Source of the DNA: Podarcis filfolensis
Taxonomy: Eukaryota
DNA: 64,000 nt
Direction: 5' to 3' (one strand)
Assembly: GCA_964270895.1 (NCBI GenBank)
Contig: OZ185446.1
Both the position numbers and the translations under genes were made by a program. The notes beneath the pieces are model-generated. The model saw only the letters and a list, made by a program, of their open reading frames with translations, searched no databases and was not told the origin of the DNA. Below are positions 53,932 through 64,000 of this stretch, piece after piece. Every line of letters starts with the position of its first letter. The first letter of the stretch is position 1.

Positions 53932-54484
53932 GCGGAGGCTCCACCCACAGCAGCGGATCCAGGGGATTTGGTTTCAACACCACCTAGGGTCGCACCACAG
54001 CCTCAGCAAGAATTGTGTGGCCCTCCGGACTTGGCTACCAGTCCCCGGCGGTCTGGCAGAGTTTCCAAGCGCCCAACTTATTTAAAGGACTATGTTGTTG
54101 GACATGTATCACTGTTGGTCTAAGTATGGGAAATGTAACCGATATGCTTTTGTGCCTAATTGAACCATTACGTGTAGTGCTGTATATAAGGAAACCATTA
54201 CGATTGTAACTAACGCCTTATCTCGGTGGGGAGGGGTGTTATGTACTGAAGTTCTCACCCTGGGCCGGGGGGGGGGGGGATACTGTAGATAGTTTTCACT
54301 CAGGTCCACGTCAGTTATTTTAGGCGGGAAACCCTGGGTTGTTGTTGCTACAATGTTGACAGCCGGCTGCCTATAAAAGCAGGCCGGCTGAGCTGTTTGC
54401 TGTTCAGTTCTGTCCAGCTTACAAGTAAAGAGCTGCTCTGGAGAAATCGCTGTGTCGTCTGCTATGTTCGCCCACAACTTAACA
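53932..54484 (+). mobile_element. Ty3/Gypsy 3' end: pol C-terminus, PPT and 3' LTR (54237-54484)
   Basis: RRSGRVSKRPTYLKDYV with stop at 54121-23. Purine tract GGGGAGGGG at 54228-36. LTR TGTTA...TAACA with TATAAAAG at 54372-79. Confidence 0.85.
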
Positions 54485-54507
54485 GCTATGAAATCTGTTT
54501 AAACGTT

Positions 54508-54736
54508 CATGGCGTCCTTCAAATAATTCTGGGAGCTGTAGGGTGCTGAGAGTTGTTAGGAGACCCCATATTCCCCACAGAACTACAGTTCCCTGTGAAG
54601 GGAAGTTCCCTATGAAGAGGGGTTGATTGTTAAGCCACCATGAGAATTGTAGCTCTGTGAGGGGAATGGGGCTTCCTGACAACTCTCAATGCCCTTAGCA
54701 GACTACAGCTCCCAGAATTCTGTGGGGGACGCCATG
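54508..54736. mobile_element. Palindromic MITE
   Basis: CATGGCGTCC..AATTCTGGGAGCTGTAG / CTACAGCTCCCAGAATT..GGACGCCATG arms. Confidence 0.75.
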
Positions 54737-55468
54737 ACTGTTTTCGTGCTTTACTGTATGCTGTGAACATCGCCTGAGAGAGCAGTAGACTGGGGGCCAG
54801 CCTTGTCTTGGAATGGGCTGGGAAGAGAGATAGGGGTTTGACTTGCTCTCTGCCGAATACGAAGTTATGACTTTGCCCGCCTCCCTCTCCCAAAATAAAA
54901 CATAAGGGGGGAGCGATATTTGTTGGAGTATGAATGCTGTGTGCACTTCCATCTCACACTCAGCATGTCTGTATGTGTAAATAAAACCATACACCGCAAA
55001 GATATCGCCCATCTCCAGTGACCTTCATTCCAAAGAAGCCAAACCCTCTGAGGTGTGTGTGCTGGCACCTGCAAAATCTCTCACTGCTCAGTTTGGAATG
55101 TGTGTTTCTCCTCAAAGAGGAGAAAAATAAATTGGGTTTACCACATAAACTTGGGTTGCTGAACAAAAGATGTCGGTTAATTGGCAATTGAAAGAGCCAA
55201 TTGGTATTGAGCAATTGGTTGAACCCAGCAATGTTACCAGTTCGAAAGCACGCCAGTGCAAGTAGATAAATAGGTACTGCTGTGGCAGGAAGGTATATGG
55301 TGTTTCCATGCGCTCTGGTTTCTGTCACGGTGTTCCGTTGTCCCAGAATTGGTTAAGTCATGCTGGCCACATGACCCAGAAAGCTTATCTGTGGACAAAC
55401 ACCAGCTCCCTCAACTTGGAAGCAAGATGATCACTGCGATCCCATAGTCACTTTTGACTGGTCCTTTA

Positions 55469-55856
55469 CATAGCTGTCAACTTTTCCCTTTTCTGGCGAG
55501 GAATCCTATTCGAAAAAATGGAATTTCCCTTAAAAAAAGGAAAACGTTGATGTTAAGTTGTGGGTGAACATATCAGACGACACAGCGATTCTTCAAACAT
55601 CTCTTGTTTATTCACAGGCCAGAACAGAACTGAACTGAAGGTTTCAGCCAGCCTGCTTATATAGAGCTCCACTAGAACGCAATTTTCTGTAACTATCCAA
55701 TCATTTTCTGTAACTATCCAATCACTGTAACCATTTTCTGTAACTATCCAATCACTGAACATCAGTTTTGATCCCTTATTGTGGACCTGAACTATCTACA
55801 GTATCCCCCTGCTGGCCCAGAGTGAGAACTTCAGTATATAACAGTTGACAGCTATG
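55469..55856. mobile_element. 90-bp hAT MITE interrupted by a solo LTR
   Basis: TIRs CATAGCTGTCAAC / GTTGACAGCTATG, 8-bp TSD GTCCTTTA at 55461-68 and 55857-64. Confidence 0.88.
55551..55843 (-). mobile_element. Gypsy-type solo LTR (293 bp)
   Basis: TGTTA..TAACA ends, 5-bp TSD GTTGA. Homologous to the LTR at 54237-54484. Three copies of TTTTCTGTAACTATCCAATCA. Confidence 0.9.
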
Positions 55857-55886
55857 GTCCTTTACCTTTTTTAAAAAAATAGCATA

Positions 55887-56084
55887 CAGTGGTACCTCGG
55901 GATGTGAACGGGATCCGTTCTGGAGCCCCATTCGCAACCTGAATAGAACGTAAGACGTGACGGCATGTCTGCGTGGGTCACGTTTTGCCACTTCCGTGCA
56001 TGCGCGTGACGTCATTTTGAACGTCTGCACACGCGCAACCCAAAAGCGCTCAATCTGAAGCACATTTAACCTGAGGTATGACTG
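55887..56084. mobile_element. Tigger-like MITE
   Basis: CAGTGGTACCTC / GAGGTATGACTG TIRs, TA TSD. Confidence 0.82.
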
Positions 56085-56260
56085 TATACCATTAGACATT
56101 TTTACAGACAATATGAAGAAACACTTTGGAAGACTTACATCACAATTCTATGGGCATATTATTTACTCTAAAGTAAGTCCCACCCAAAGATCAATGTCGT
56201 AAACCTGTGGTGGCCAAACCCGGCCCTCCAGATGTTTTGACACTACAACTCCCATTATCC

Positions 56261-56486
56261 GACAACGAGCGCCGCGTCAAAAAGTTCGGCTTTCTTGTCG
56301 CCAACAGCGGAGACAGAGCAGAGCAGGAGATGCTGTGAGTGGCGGCGGGGTGTGTGTGTGTGCACGGGGCACTCTTGCTGTGGGCAGGGGCACTCTTGCC
56401 CCTTTCGGGAGAGGGTGGGTCCGGTCCCCCACAAGGTCTGAGGGACAGTGGACCGGCCCCCTGATGAAAAAGTTTGCTGACCCCTG
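56261..56486 (-). mobile_element. hAT MITE, one end lost
   Basis: CAGGGGTCAGCAAACTTTTT terminus in reverse. Confidence 0.7.
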
Positions 56487-56601
56487 TGAAACAAACTTAC
56501 TGTGGCAGATTTTGCCCAGCTGATGTTCTCCAGATGTTTTGGATTCCAACTCCCTTCAGGTCCAGCTAGTGCTAGGAAATACAGTTCTAAGTAAACATGC
56601 T

Positions 56602-56907
56602 AGGGCTTGCCGATCAGAAGGTCAGCGGTTCAAATCTCTGCAACGGGGTGAGCTCCTGTTGCTCGGTCCCTGCTCCTGCCAACCTAGCAGTTTGAAAGCA
56701 CGTCAAAAGTGCAAGTAGATAAATAGATACCACTCCAGCAGGAAGGTAAACGGTTCGCCAGAAGCAGCTTAGTAATGCTGGCCACATGACTTGAAGCTGC
56801 CTGCGGATAAACGCCAGCTCCCTTGGCCTATAGAGCGAGATGAGTGCCGCAACCCCAGAGTCGTCCCGAGTGGACTTAATGGTCAGGGGTCCCTTTACCT
56901 TTACCTT
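56602..56907 (+). mobile_element. Sauria SINE, slightly 5'-truncated
   Basis: 10-bp TSD TAAACATGCT at 56592-601 and 56908-17, (ACCTTT)n tail. Confidence 0.93.
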
Positions 56908-56950
56908 TAAACATGCTTAGGGATGGATTGTCATTTATATTAGCAAATAG

Positions 56951-56952
<2 letters not shown>

Positions 56953-56995
<43 letters not shown>
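56953..56995. repeat. (AT)n microsatellite
   Basis: Direct read. Confidence 0.95.
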
Positions 56996-57000
<5 letters not shown>

Positions 57001-58278
57001 CGTATATCGTATGTATATATTATATGTATATATTATTACTATTATTACACAATATTTTGACTACTCCCTTTCTGGAATCTTCAATCCCTTCCCTAAAACA
57101 TTATTTCCATCTCTCCCATTTTTAGATTTCCTGTCTTTTTATCTCCAATAGATTACCTATTCTTCTACTGTTTGTGCTCTGTAATACTATAGAGTACTTT
57201 TAAAACTACCAAAAAAGAGAAAGAAGAAAATAGTAGTTGATACTGATATTTTGGGAAGCAGATTCTGACCTTATAAAGCATCATGAAAACAGGAAGGGCT
57301 CTTTATTCAGGTGGAATTATGAGTGAGAGAGGTTCCTAAGTGACAGCTCTGACTGTGTTAAACATTAAGTCTGGAAGGAGGTGGAGTCTCCCTGGGAGTA
57401 GACAAGGTCCAAGGGGAGCAGGAACTGCCTGCAAATATCTGTTATAACAAGCATTTGCCTTGTCACTCACTGCTTTATGTAACAGAACAGTAATTTGCCA
57501 TATCACCTACCTCCCATCACCGGCCGTTTCACTGCAACTCATAGCTTCTCAACATTTCAGGAATTAAAGACAAGAAAGAAGAACCCCAACTTTTGGTAAG
57601 TCTGCATTTTTCTACTTTTTTCTGAGTTTTGTGCAGTTCTTTTTTTCTGGTGGATGCAGGGGTACGCATATCCCTAAACATTTTGTGAATCTTTGTACTT
57701 TTGTCCCTTTACTGTATTTATTTTTCCCAATTTGAACTATAAAATGGTTATTTTCTTGAATCAAAGTTGTAGCCCTAAATATTTTTTTATAAAAAAGCAC
57801 TGGTTTTGTGTATTATGTGCACTTAAATGCTGTGTTTTAAAAAAGCAGAGACTGAGTGTGTGAAAGTGGGAGTGAGAGTGAGAGTGCCAAACTATTAAAT
57901 AGAATACTGTACTTTGGTCCTTTTTTCACTCTAATTAATTCCACAAAACTATTTAAATCAGGGATCCAAAATCCATATTAATGTATGCCCAAATTTGAAT
58001 GAAACAACACAACAGGTTTTGTGTTTTTTTTTGAAAACTACTCTGGTGAATTTCATGTTACCCCACCTGAAGGATGTCCAATGTAGCATTTTATTTAATA
58101 CAAAATAATTACTGGCTGGTTGTTCTGAATGCTATTTTTGGAGAAGGCCATTTGTTTTAAAAGCAGCATTTGCTTGCGTGCGTGCATGTTGTAGTTCCAC
58201 TAGCTGCATGTTTCTTTAAGACCTAAAGTGGTTTGTTATTTAATTTCCTGAAAGATTCCATTTGCTCATCAGCCAGAA

Positions 58279-58370
58279 ATGGCATCAGAGAGCCAAGCAA
58301 AGGCAAACATGAACGGAAAGCTTGAAGAGATGGCTGAAAGAAATAATGCTTCTCAAGATGAAAGGAAAAG
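58279..58370 (+). CDS. ABCB1: ABCB1-type P-glycoprotein, first coding exon
   Basis: gaaATGG start, 6 nt after a candidate acceptor (AG at 58271-72). Translates MASESQAKANMNGKLEEMAERNNASQDERK. Phase-2 donor AG|GTGGGT, as in mammalian ABCB1. Head-to-head with RUNDC3B as in human. The peptide itself is poorly conserved, so the call rests on phase, the next exon and synteny. Confidence 0.75.
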
Positions 58371-60315
58371 GTGGGTATTTTCCTGCATTTACAGTCCATG
58401 AGTTTGTCTTACTTGCTTCATAATGCTTCCTGTTCATGGAGGAAAACATCACCTAGTTATACACAGCCTTTCAAATGCAACTAGTCTGTTCAAGTTATTT
58501 GCCGGCTGACTCTTGGATTTTAGGGAAGCCAGCAACATCTAATACTGTATCTCTTTTGGTGTATCTCTACATTAATTTGTAATCTGCAGACATGGTAGAA
58601 TAATATATTGTCATCTTGGTAGTTTTACTGTCTGTCTGTTATTACATGGTTTGTTTGTCAAAATTAAGGATAAGGTAGAAATTAAATCCTGTTCATATTT
58701 AAAGGCAAACTTAACAAACTGCATTTTCCAAAACAGTATGTGAAGCATCTTTTGAAATTCACACGTCTCTGAATTTCACAATCTAATTCTCCATCCTTCT
58801 AATGTAATCCATAGAAGAATCTTTTAAAGGCATAGATAGGTGAAAATAACATACACTAATGTATTATATTAGTAAAAACTCCCAACAAAAAATGTGTGCA
58901 TTAGGAGAAATACATCCTAAGATGCTGACAAATTTTCATTTTTTTAAAAAAGGCAAAAATCATAAATTGCTATGGAAATGTGGACAACTGAATTTAAGAT
59001 TGGATAAATGAGAAACAGAGAACTGACTAATTTGTCCATCCTGAGTAAAATGTATAAGGGTTTTTTTAAACAACAACAACAACAATAAACATTATTCAAA
59101 AATACAACAACCTAGAAACAGTGCTGACATTATATATTTAATCATTGGTATGTTCTTTTTTGACTACTTTTTGACAAGGCCGTGGGGCATTACAAATATA
59201 TTTACGATTCTGGATCTTTGCATCACTATCTTGATTAATTCAGAAAGCTTGAAACCACATTTGGCACTTTGCCAGCCATGTATGAATTTGCTCAGATTTT
59301 ACTAATCCCCCCTCCTTACAGATAATAATCGGTGCTTATAGGCAGAAGTTCGGCACTTGTACCTTATCCCATCATTGGCGCTAACTGCCAGGAGAAAGCT
59401 TCACCTGCTGCATTACCGTCTAGTGATACTGTCTAGCTCTTAGAAACACAAGCCTGTCGGGAGACAGGACATCACACGTCAATTATGTTGCTCTATTGTG
59501 TTCTAACAGTAAAAAAATAATGTAGGCGTTTGTTGCAATGCAAAGTAGCTTCCTTTTAGGAAGCTTCATGTCTAGTTTTGTGTGGGAGGTGAAATCAAGG
59601 ACAAATTGCCTAGCCTGCAGGCGAGTAAGGATTGTGCTGTGAAGACTCCCATCTCACTTTCTTGTGGGTTCCAAATGCCTTAAGAGCCCCAGTGCCCTCT
59701 AATGTTTCGGGCTCTTCTCATTTCCAGACACCTTCTTAGGGTGGCTTCATTATGCTTTTGCTACTTAGCCCATTGCTGAGGTAGGATGCCCCAGACTTGG
59801 GGCCCCTCCTTCCCTGTTTCCTCCTTCTCTGGTGGTACCGGTATTTGCCATTTCCTTTTTTTTTCCAGCTGTAACCTCTGAATTTACCACAGGTGATGCT
59901 GTTTCCCCTTATTCCTATCACAGTCAGCATCTTGCTCTCAGCTGCTGTTAATTTCCCTCCTTTCCCCACCCTGTTTACTTCCAGGGCCTCTGCTTATTCC
60001 TCCTCAGTTCCACTCACTCACATATTCGCCTTCATTTGCCTTTCTCCATGGCTGGAATCCACACCCAAAGCCCCTTGAGACCCACCTTATCCTTTGCAAG
60101 GCTGAGTGACCTGCCATCTTCAGCATGGTCTCCCTGCTTCGTTGATTCCAGTAGGGCTGGACCATCAACACCTCAGTATGCTAGAAAGGAGGCCTCTCTG
60201 ATCCCTCCTCACACACACATTTTCTTTTCTATCTCTCTATATCAAATGCAGGGGAAACTGATTAGATGTGTTTGGATCAGTTCATAAATAGTCACATACA
60301 CACTATACATTTATA

Positions 60316-60498
60316 GTTGTTGTTTAGTCGTGTCCGACTCTTTGTGACCCCATGGACCAGAGCACGCCAGGCACTCCTGTCTTCCACTGTCTTCTCTTCT
60401 CATGAGGTGGCCAAAGTATTGGAATCTCAGCTTCAGGATCTGTCCTTCCAGTGAGCACTCAGGGCTGATTTCCTTAAGAATGGATAGGTTTGATCTTC
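60316..60498 (-). mobile_element. BovB 3' fragment with internal deletion
   Basis: gtcgtgtccgactctttgtgaccccatggac and ggccaaagtattgga..cagtgagcactcagggctgatttcc, BovB hallmarks. Confidence 0.85.
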
Positions 60499-61120
60499 AC
60501 CCCTTTACCAGTCTTGGCATCTCTCAAAGAGTCATGGGAGCTGTAGCTCTTACAGGGGTCTCTTAACAACTCTCAGTACCCTTAACAAATTAGTGGGTAC
60601 TTTGGGTGAAGTCATGCCTGCTAAAGTGGTGTAAGATTGCTTGAAGCATATGCCATGGATGTGCTCATAATTCTAAACACCTCTGGTTCAGAATTATGAC
60701 AAGCAAGTGAGGCTCAAATGCTCTCCCTTCCCCATTGTGCCAGAGGAGAAGATGTTTAAAGCTTCCTTTTGCTCTTTGGAATACATTTTGGGGTCCTGTT
60801 ATGTCTGAATAGGTTACATCAGAATATAGCAATCCAGGATCAAAACTGTGGTTTCAAATCCTGGTTTAAATCATTGTGGTTTGGACAAACCATTCTGTCC
60901 TCTGCGTACAGCTGTAATGGGAAACCGTGATTTGTTTGAAATAGCAAAACAGATGCTGTAAACACATACGATAATATAAATATGTAAAGTTCAGCCTAAA
61001 AGAAAAAGACAGATGAGAAGAGGAAAAATGAGAGATGAGAACTAAACTGAGAGATGAGATTATCGGGGGCGGTGTGTGTGTGCTAGTGAGATATATGGCT
61101 GCTATTTAAAATTTATAAAC

Positions 61121-61231
61121 CAGATGTTTTGGTCTACAACTCCCATGATCCCTAGCTAGCAGGACCAGTGGTCAGGGAAGATGGGAATTGTAGTCTCAAA
61201 ACATCTGGAGGGCCGAGGTTGAGGAAGCCTG
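61121..61231. mobile_element. Small hAT MITE
   Basis: cagatgttttgg.ctacaactccc / gggaattgtag..aaaacatctg arms. Confidence 0.75.
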
Positions 61232-61880
61232 GTATAAACTAACTAGGGCGAATATTTGTTGAATACCTTGTAGAATGCTTGTAATTATGTGTAATTTTTG
61301 ACTTGCCACTGCTGTTCATTTAATATGTTCTGAGCCAATTTGGGGGGAAATGTTGTGCAGAAATGACATGCAAATAAACCAGTGACATGGTCCTCTGAGC
61401 CCTCTGAAATCTCAGAAGCCCTGATGCAATCCCAGGATTCAGGAGCAGCCCGATTCAGTTCAGATGCTTTGATGGATACCTGTTTCAACTGGGAAAAGCC
61501 TTAAATCCCTCTGAGCATACACAACCCTAGGATAATGTTGCCGGCCCTGCTGTGCTAGTTTGAAATCCTATGTCAACCCAAAATTACAGAGCTGCCAATT
61601 CTGAGGAGCAGAAAGGGATTTTAGATTTTGTATTTTAATGCCTGCTCTTACTGGTGTCTGACCATAATTTGGTGGTGATATGAGACTGACTTAAGAGATG
61701 TTACATGCACACACATTTTAAAAGGGGCTTTAGAAATAGCTGCAAAATGCATCACACAAGAACAAATGCAATTTGCTTTTTATTTTATGCCTTCAAGGGG
61801 AAATTTTGTTTTTGTTTATTGTTAACGGTTCAACTTGGTTCTTCTCTGAAATCTCACAAAGCTATTTATTATTTGTTCAG

Positions 61881-61935
61881 CAGTAAAGAAAAGCCAAGCA
61901 AAGAGAAGCCTAAGAAGGTCAGCCCATTTACAATG
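61881..61935 (+). CDS. ABCB1: ABCB1-type P-glycoprotein, second coding exon (55 nt)
   Basis: (S)SKEKPSKEKPKKVSPFTM, similar to human SEKDKKEKKPTVSVFSM. Phase 2-0, donor ATG|GTAAG, NAGNAG acceptor. Confidence 0.85.
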
Positions 61936-62931
61936 GTAAGCTCTGTTCCATGTGTATATTGTACTGTACTTTAATCGATGCACACTTCTACAGGCCCATT
62001 GCAGATGTAGCGCTGGTGATCTTTTAATAGATAAGACATAAACTGTAGACTCTCACTTCTTTTTTCCTCATGTGCAAATTTCACCCCTTATTCTCTTATC
62101 AGCATAAATTATGTGGTGCAGTGTAACATCTTGACCAGTGTTAACTATGGTTAGCTTTAACCAGGACCTGCAGAGTCTGTTAAACACTAATTAGGGTAAG
62201 TCTTCATGGTTAAATTAAGGCTGTGTGCGCATTGCATGCTTTAAACACAGCAAGGCTGTTCTTTTTCTCAATTAGGATTGAAGCTCATTTGGGGGAAAAC
62301 ACATCAAATCGCAGTATTTCTATTAGAAACAACAAGAGTGATATTGGTTGTGAATAACCTTATGTGTACACCGCTTCCGAAAGCTGCTGTGGGAGCACAC
62401 TATATGCAGAGTAAACAAGAATGTGTACACAGCATAGTTAGTCTTGATGATGTAACGCTATCGGAAGAAAGAAATAGTTTACATGGAGAGGCAAGGATAT
62501 GGTAGTGAATAGCTGCATAATATTTGCACTAGGCTATTGTGTCAAATATTAAATGTATATTAGGTGAGTAAGGACATAAGTATGACTGATTGCTATCCAT
62601 AGGGTGCTTATGTTAGGAAACATCAACCCTAAAGAACGACATCTTCATTTGCATAGAAATGTGCATTTGTTCGACTCTCTATAGTACTGGAAGCCTTCGT
62701 TTTTATCCCATCCCATTTCCTAATGCCAGAGCCTGATTTCTTAAACTGGTGCAAATCAACTGCTCAAGATTCTTCAGCCTCCCAAAATGACATCCCACAA
62801 CTATGTTACGAGTAGAGTGCAGTTTGGCAATTGCAGTTATTAAATTTATGCGACGTTCGTTTGTCAGATCAGGCAGCACAAACACCAACAAACTATTGAG
62901 TCAACTATTTGCCAGACCTATTTCACAAGTA

Positions 62932-63485
62932 CAGTGGTACCTTAGTTCTCAAACGCTTTGGTTCTCAAACGCCTTGGTTCCCAAACGCCGAAAACCCGAA
63001 GTGTTCCAGTTTCTGAACGTTTTTTGGAAGCCGAATGTCTGGTGCAACTGTCGGCTATTGTTTCCAGGGTGCCTGCACCAATCAGAAGCTGGTTTTCAAA
63101 CATTTCGGAAGTCAAATGGACTTCCAGAACGGATTAAGTTTGGCATTTTTGCTGTTTATTTTGCGTTTTTGTTTTTGAGGCTTTTTCGGTTAATTTGTTT
63201 TTGTGACTATGTGGGTGATAATTTTCATCATCTACAATACTGTCTTATTTATTTTATAGTACAGTACATTGATTATTGCTTTCATTTTATGGATCAATGG
63301 TCTCATTAGATAGTAAAATTCATGTTAAATTGTTGTTTTAGGGGTTGTTTTTTAAAAGTCTGGAACGGATTAATCCGTTTTGCATTACAGTACTTTCTAT
63401 GGGAAAGCACACCTTGGTTTTGGAATGCTTTGGTTTTGGAACAGACTTCCAGAATTGATTAAGTTTGACAACCAAGGTACTACTG
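62932..63485. mobile_element. Tigger-like non-autonomous element (554 bp)
   Basis: CAGTGGTACCTT / AAGGTACTACTG TIRs, TA TSD. Confidence 0.85.
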
Positions 63486-63494
63486 TATTGCGTT

Positions 63495-63645
63495 TAGTTC
63501 TGCACCTTGAAATCAGTGTGGATGCATTGGAAGGGGTTCTGAGGAGGACATCAAATATGGTCACGGGGTTGAAAGCTAGTTCTATATAGAAAGTTTGACG
63601 AAACTGGGGATTTAGCTTGGAGAACAGGAGACTGAGGAGGGAACC
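63495..63645 (+). mobile_element. CR1 LINE RT C-terminal fragment
   Basis: VDALEGVLRRTSNMVTGLK ... FSLENRRLR, similar to CR1 LERVQRRATKM..FSLEKRRLRG. Confidence 0.75.
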
Positions 63646-64000
63646 TGAAGAGCGGTCCTATTATTTTCTTTAATAATAAAAACACAAGAAAAACAACAAC
63701 AATTAGCTCATTAACAATACAGTAAACAGCAATGCATCCACATTAATTTATGCATACAGACTGATGCATGCCATCTGAATGTCTGAATAGGGGAAGCTGA
63801 GGGGGTGCTGCTGACCACTGGAATCCCCTGCTTTTAGACTCACAGAATTATAGAGTTGGAAAGGACCACGAGGATCATCTAGTCCAACCCTCTGCAATGC
63901 AGGAACATTTTGCCCAACAAAATATTGGGCTCGTTGGATGGTTGCAAAGAGGAAGAGAGGAATCCCAATGCCTGAAGCTGCCCTTGTTTTAGCTTGCAGC

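Larger units (their letters stand above)
55225..55872 (+). mobile_element. Degenerate Sauria SINE interrupted near its tail
   Basis: gttcgaaagcac..gcaagtagataaataggtac body. The tail cctttaccttt resumes after the insert. Confidence 0.8.

Noticed and set aside
59736-60287. Basic 77-83 aa ORFs in an ABCB1 intron
   Set aside because: No recognisable domain, splice context or TE motif.
58279-61935. Labelling these exons ABCB4
   Set aside because: The gene adjacent and head-to-head to RUNDC3B in human is ABCB1. Two short exons cannot resolve paralogy, so ABCB1-type is used.
62803-63309. 168-aa ORF
   Set aside because: It runs mostly through a Tigger-like non-autonomous element and has no transposase motifs.

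Overview
Vertebrate genomic DNA, almost certainly from a squamate and probably a lacertid lizard (inferred from the Sauria-SINE, BovB, L2, CR1 and hAT/Tigger repeat complement). It shows the gene order known from human 7q21. The last three coding exons of SLC25A40 are on + (518-3187). The complete RUNDC3B coding sequence is on - (11 exons, 38665 to 7387, 1380 nt, 459 aa, all introns GT-AG and phase-consistent) with a CpG-island promoter. The first two coding exons of an ABCB1 (P-glycoprotein)-type gene are on + (58279-58370, 61881-61935). The rest is TE-rich intron and intergenic DNA. I found no clear new biological system. The best leads are: a TSD-bounded 2.16-kb L1-type non-autonomous element with one open 205-aa ORF; a nested inverted-repeat structure in the last RUNDC3B intron; a 9-aa RUNDC3B C-terminal extension; a DR2 motif apparently created by CpG decay in a SINE upstream of ABCB1; and several multi-level TE nests, including one with a triplicated TSD. 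Gene and TE family names rest on remembered sequences and motifs, not on database searches.
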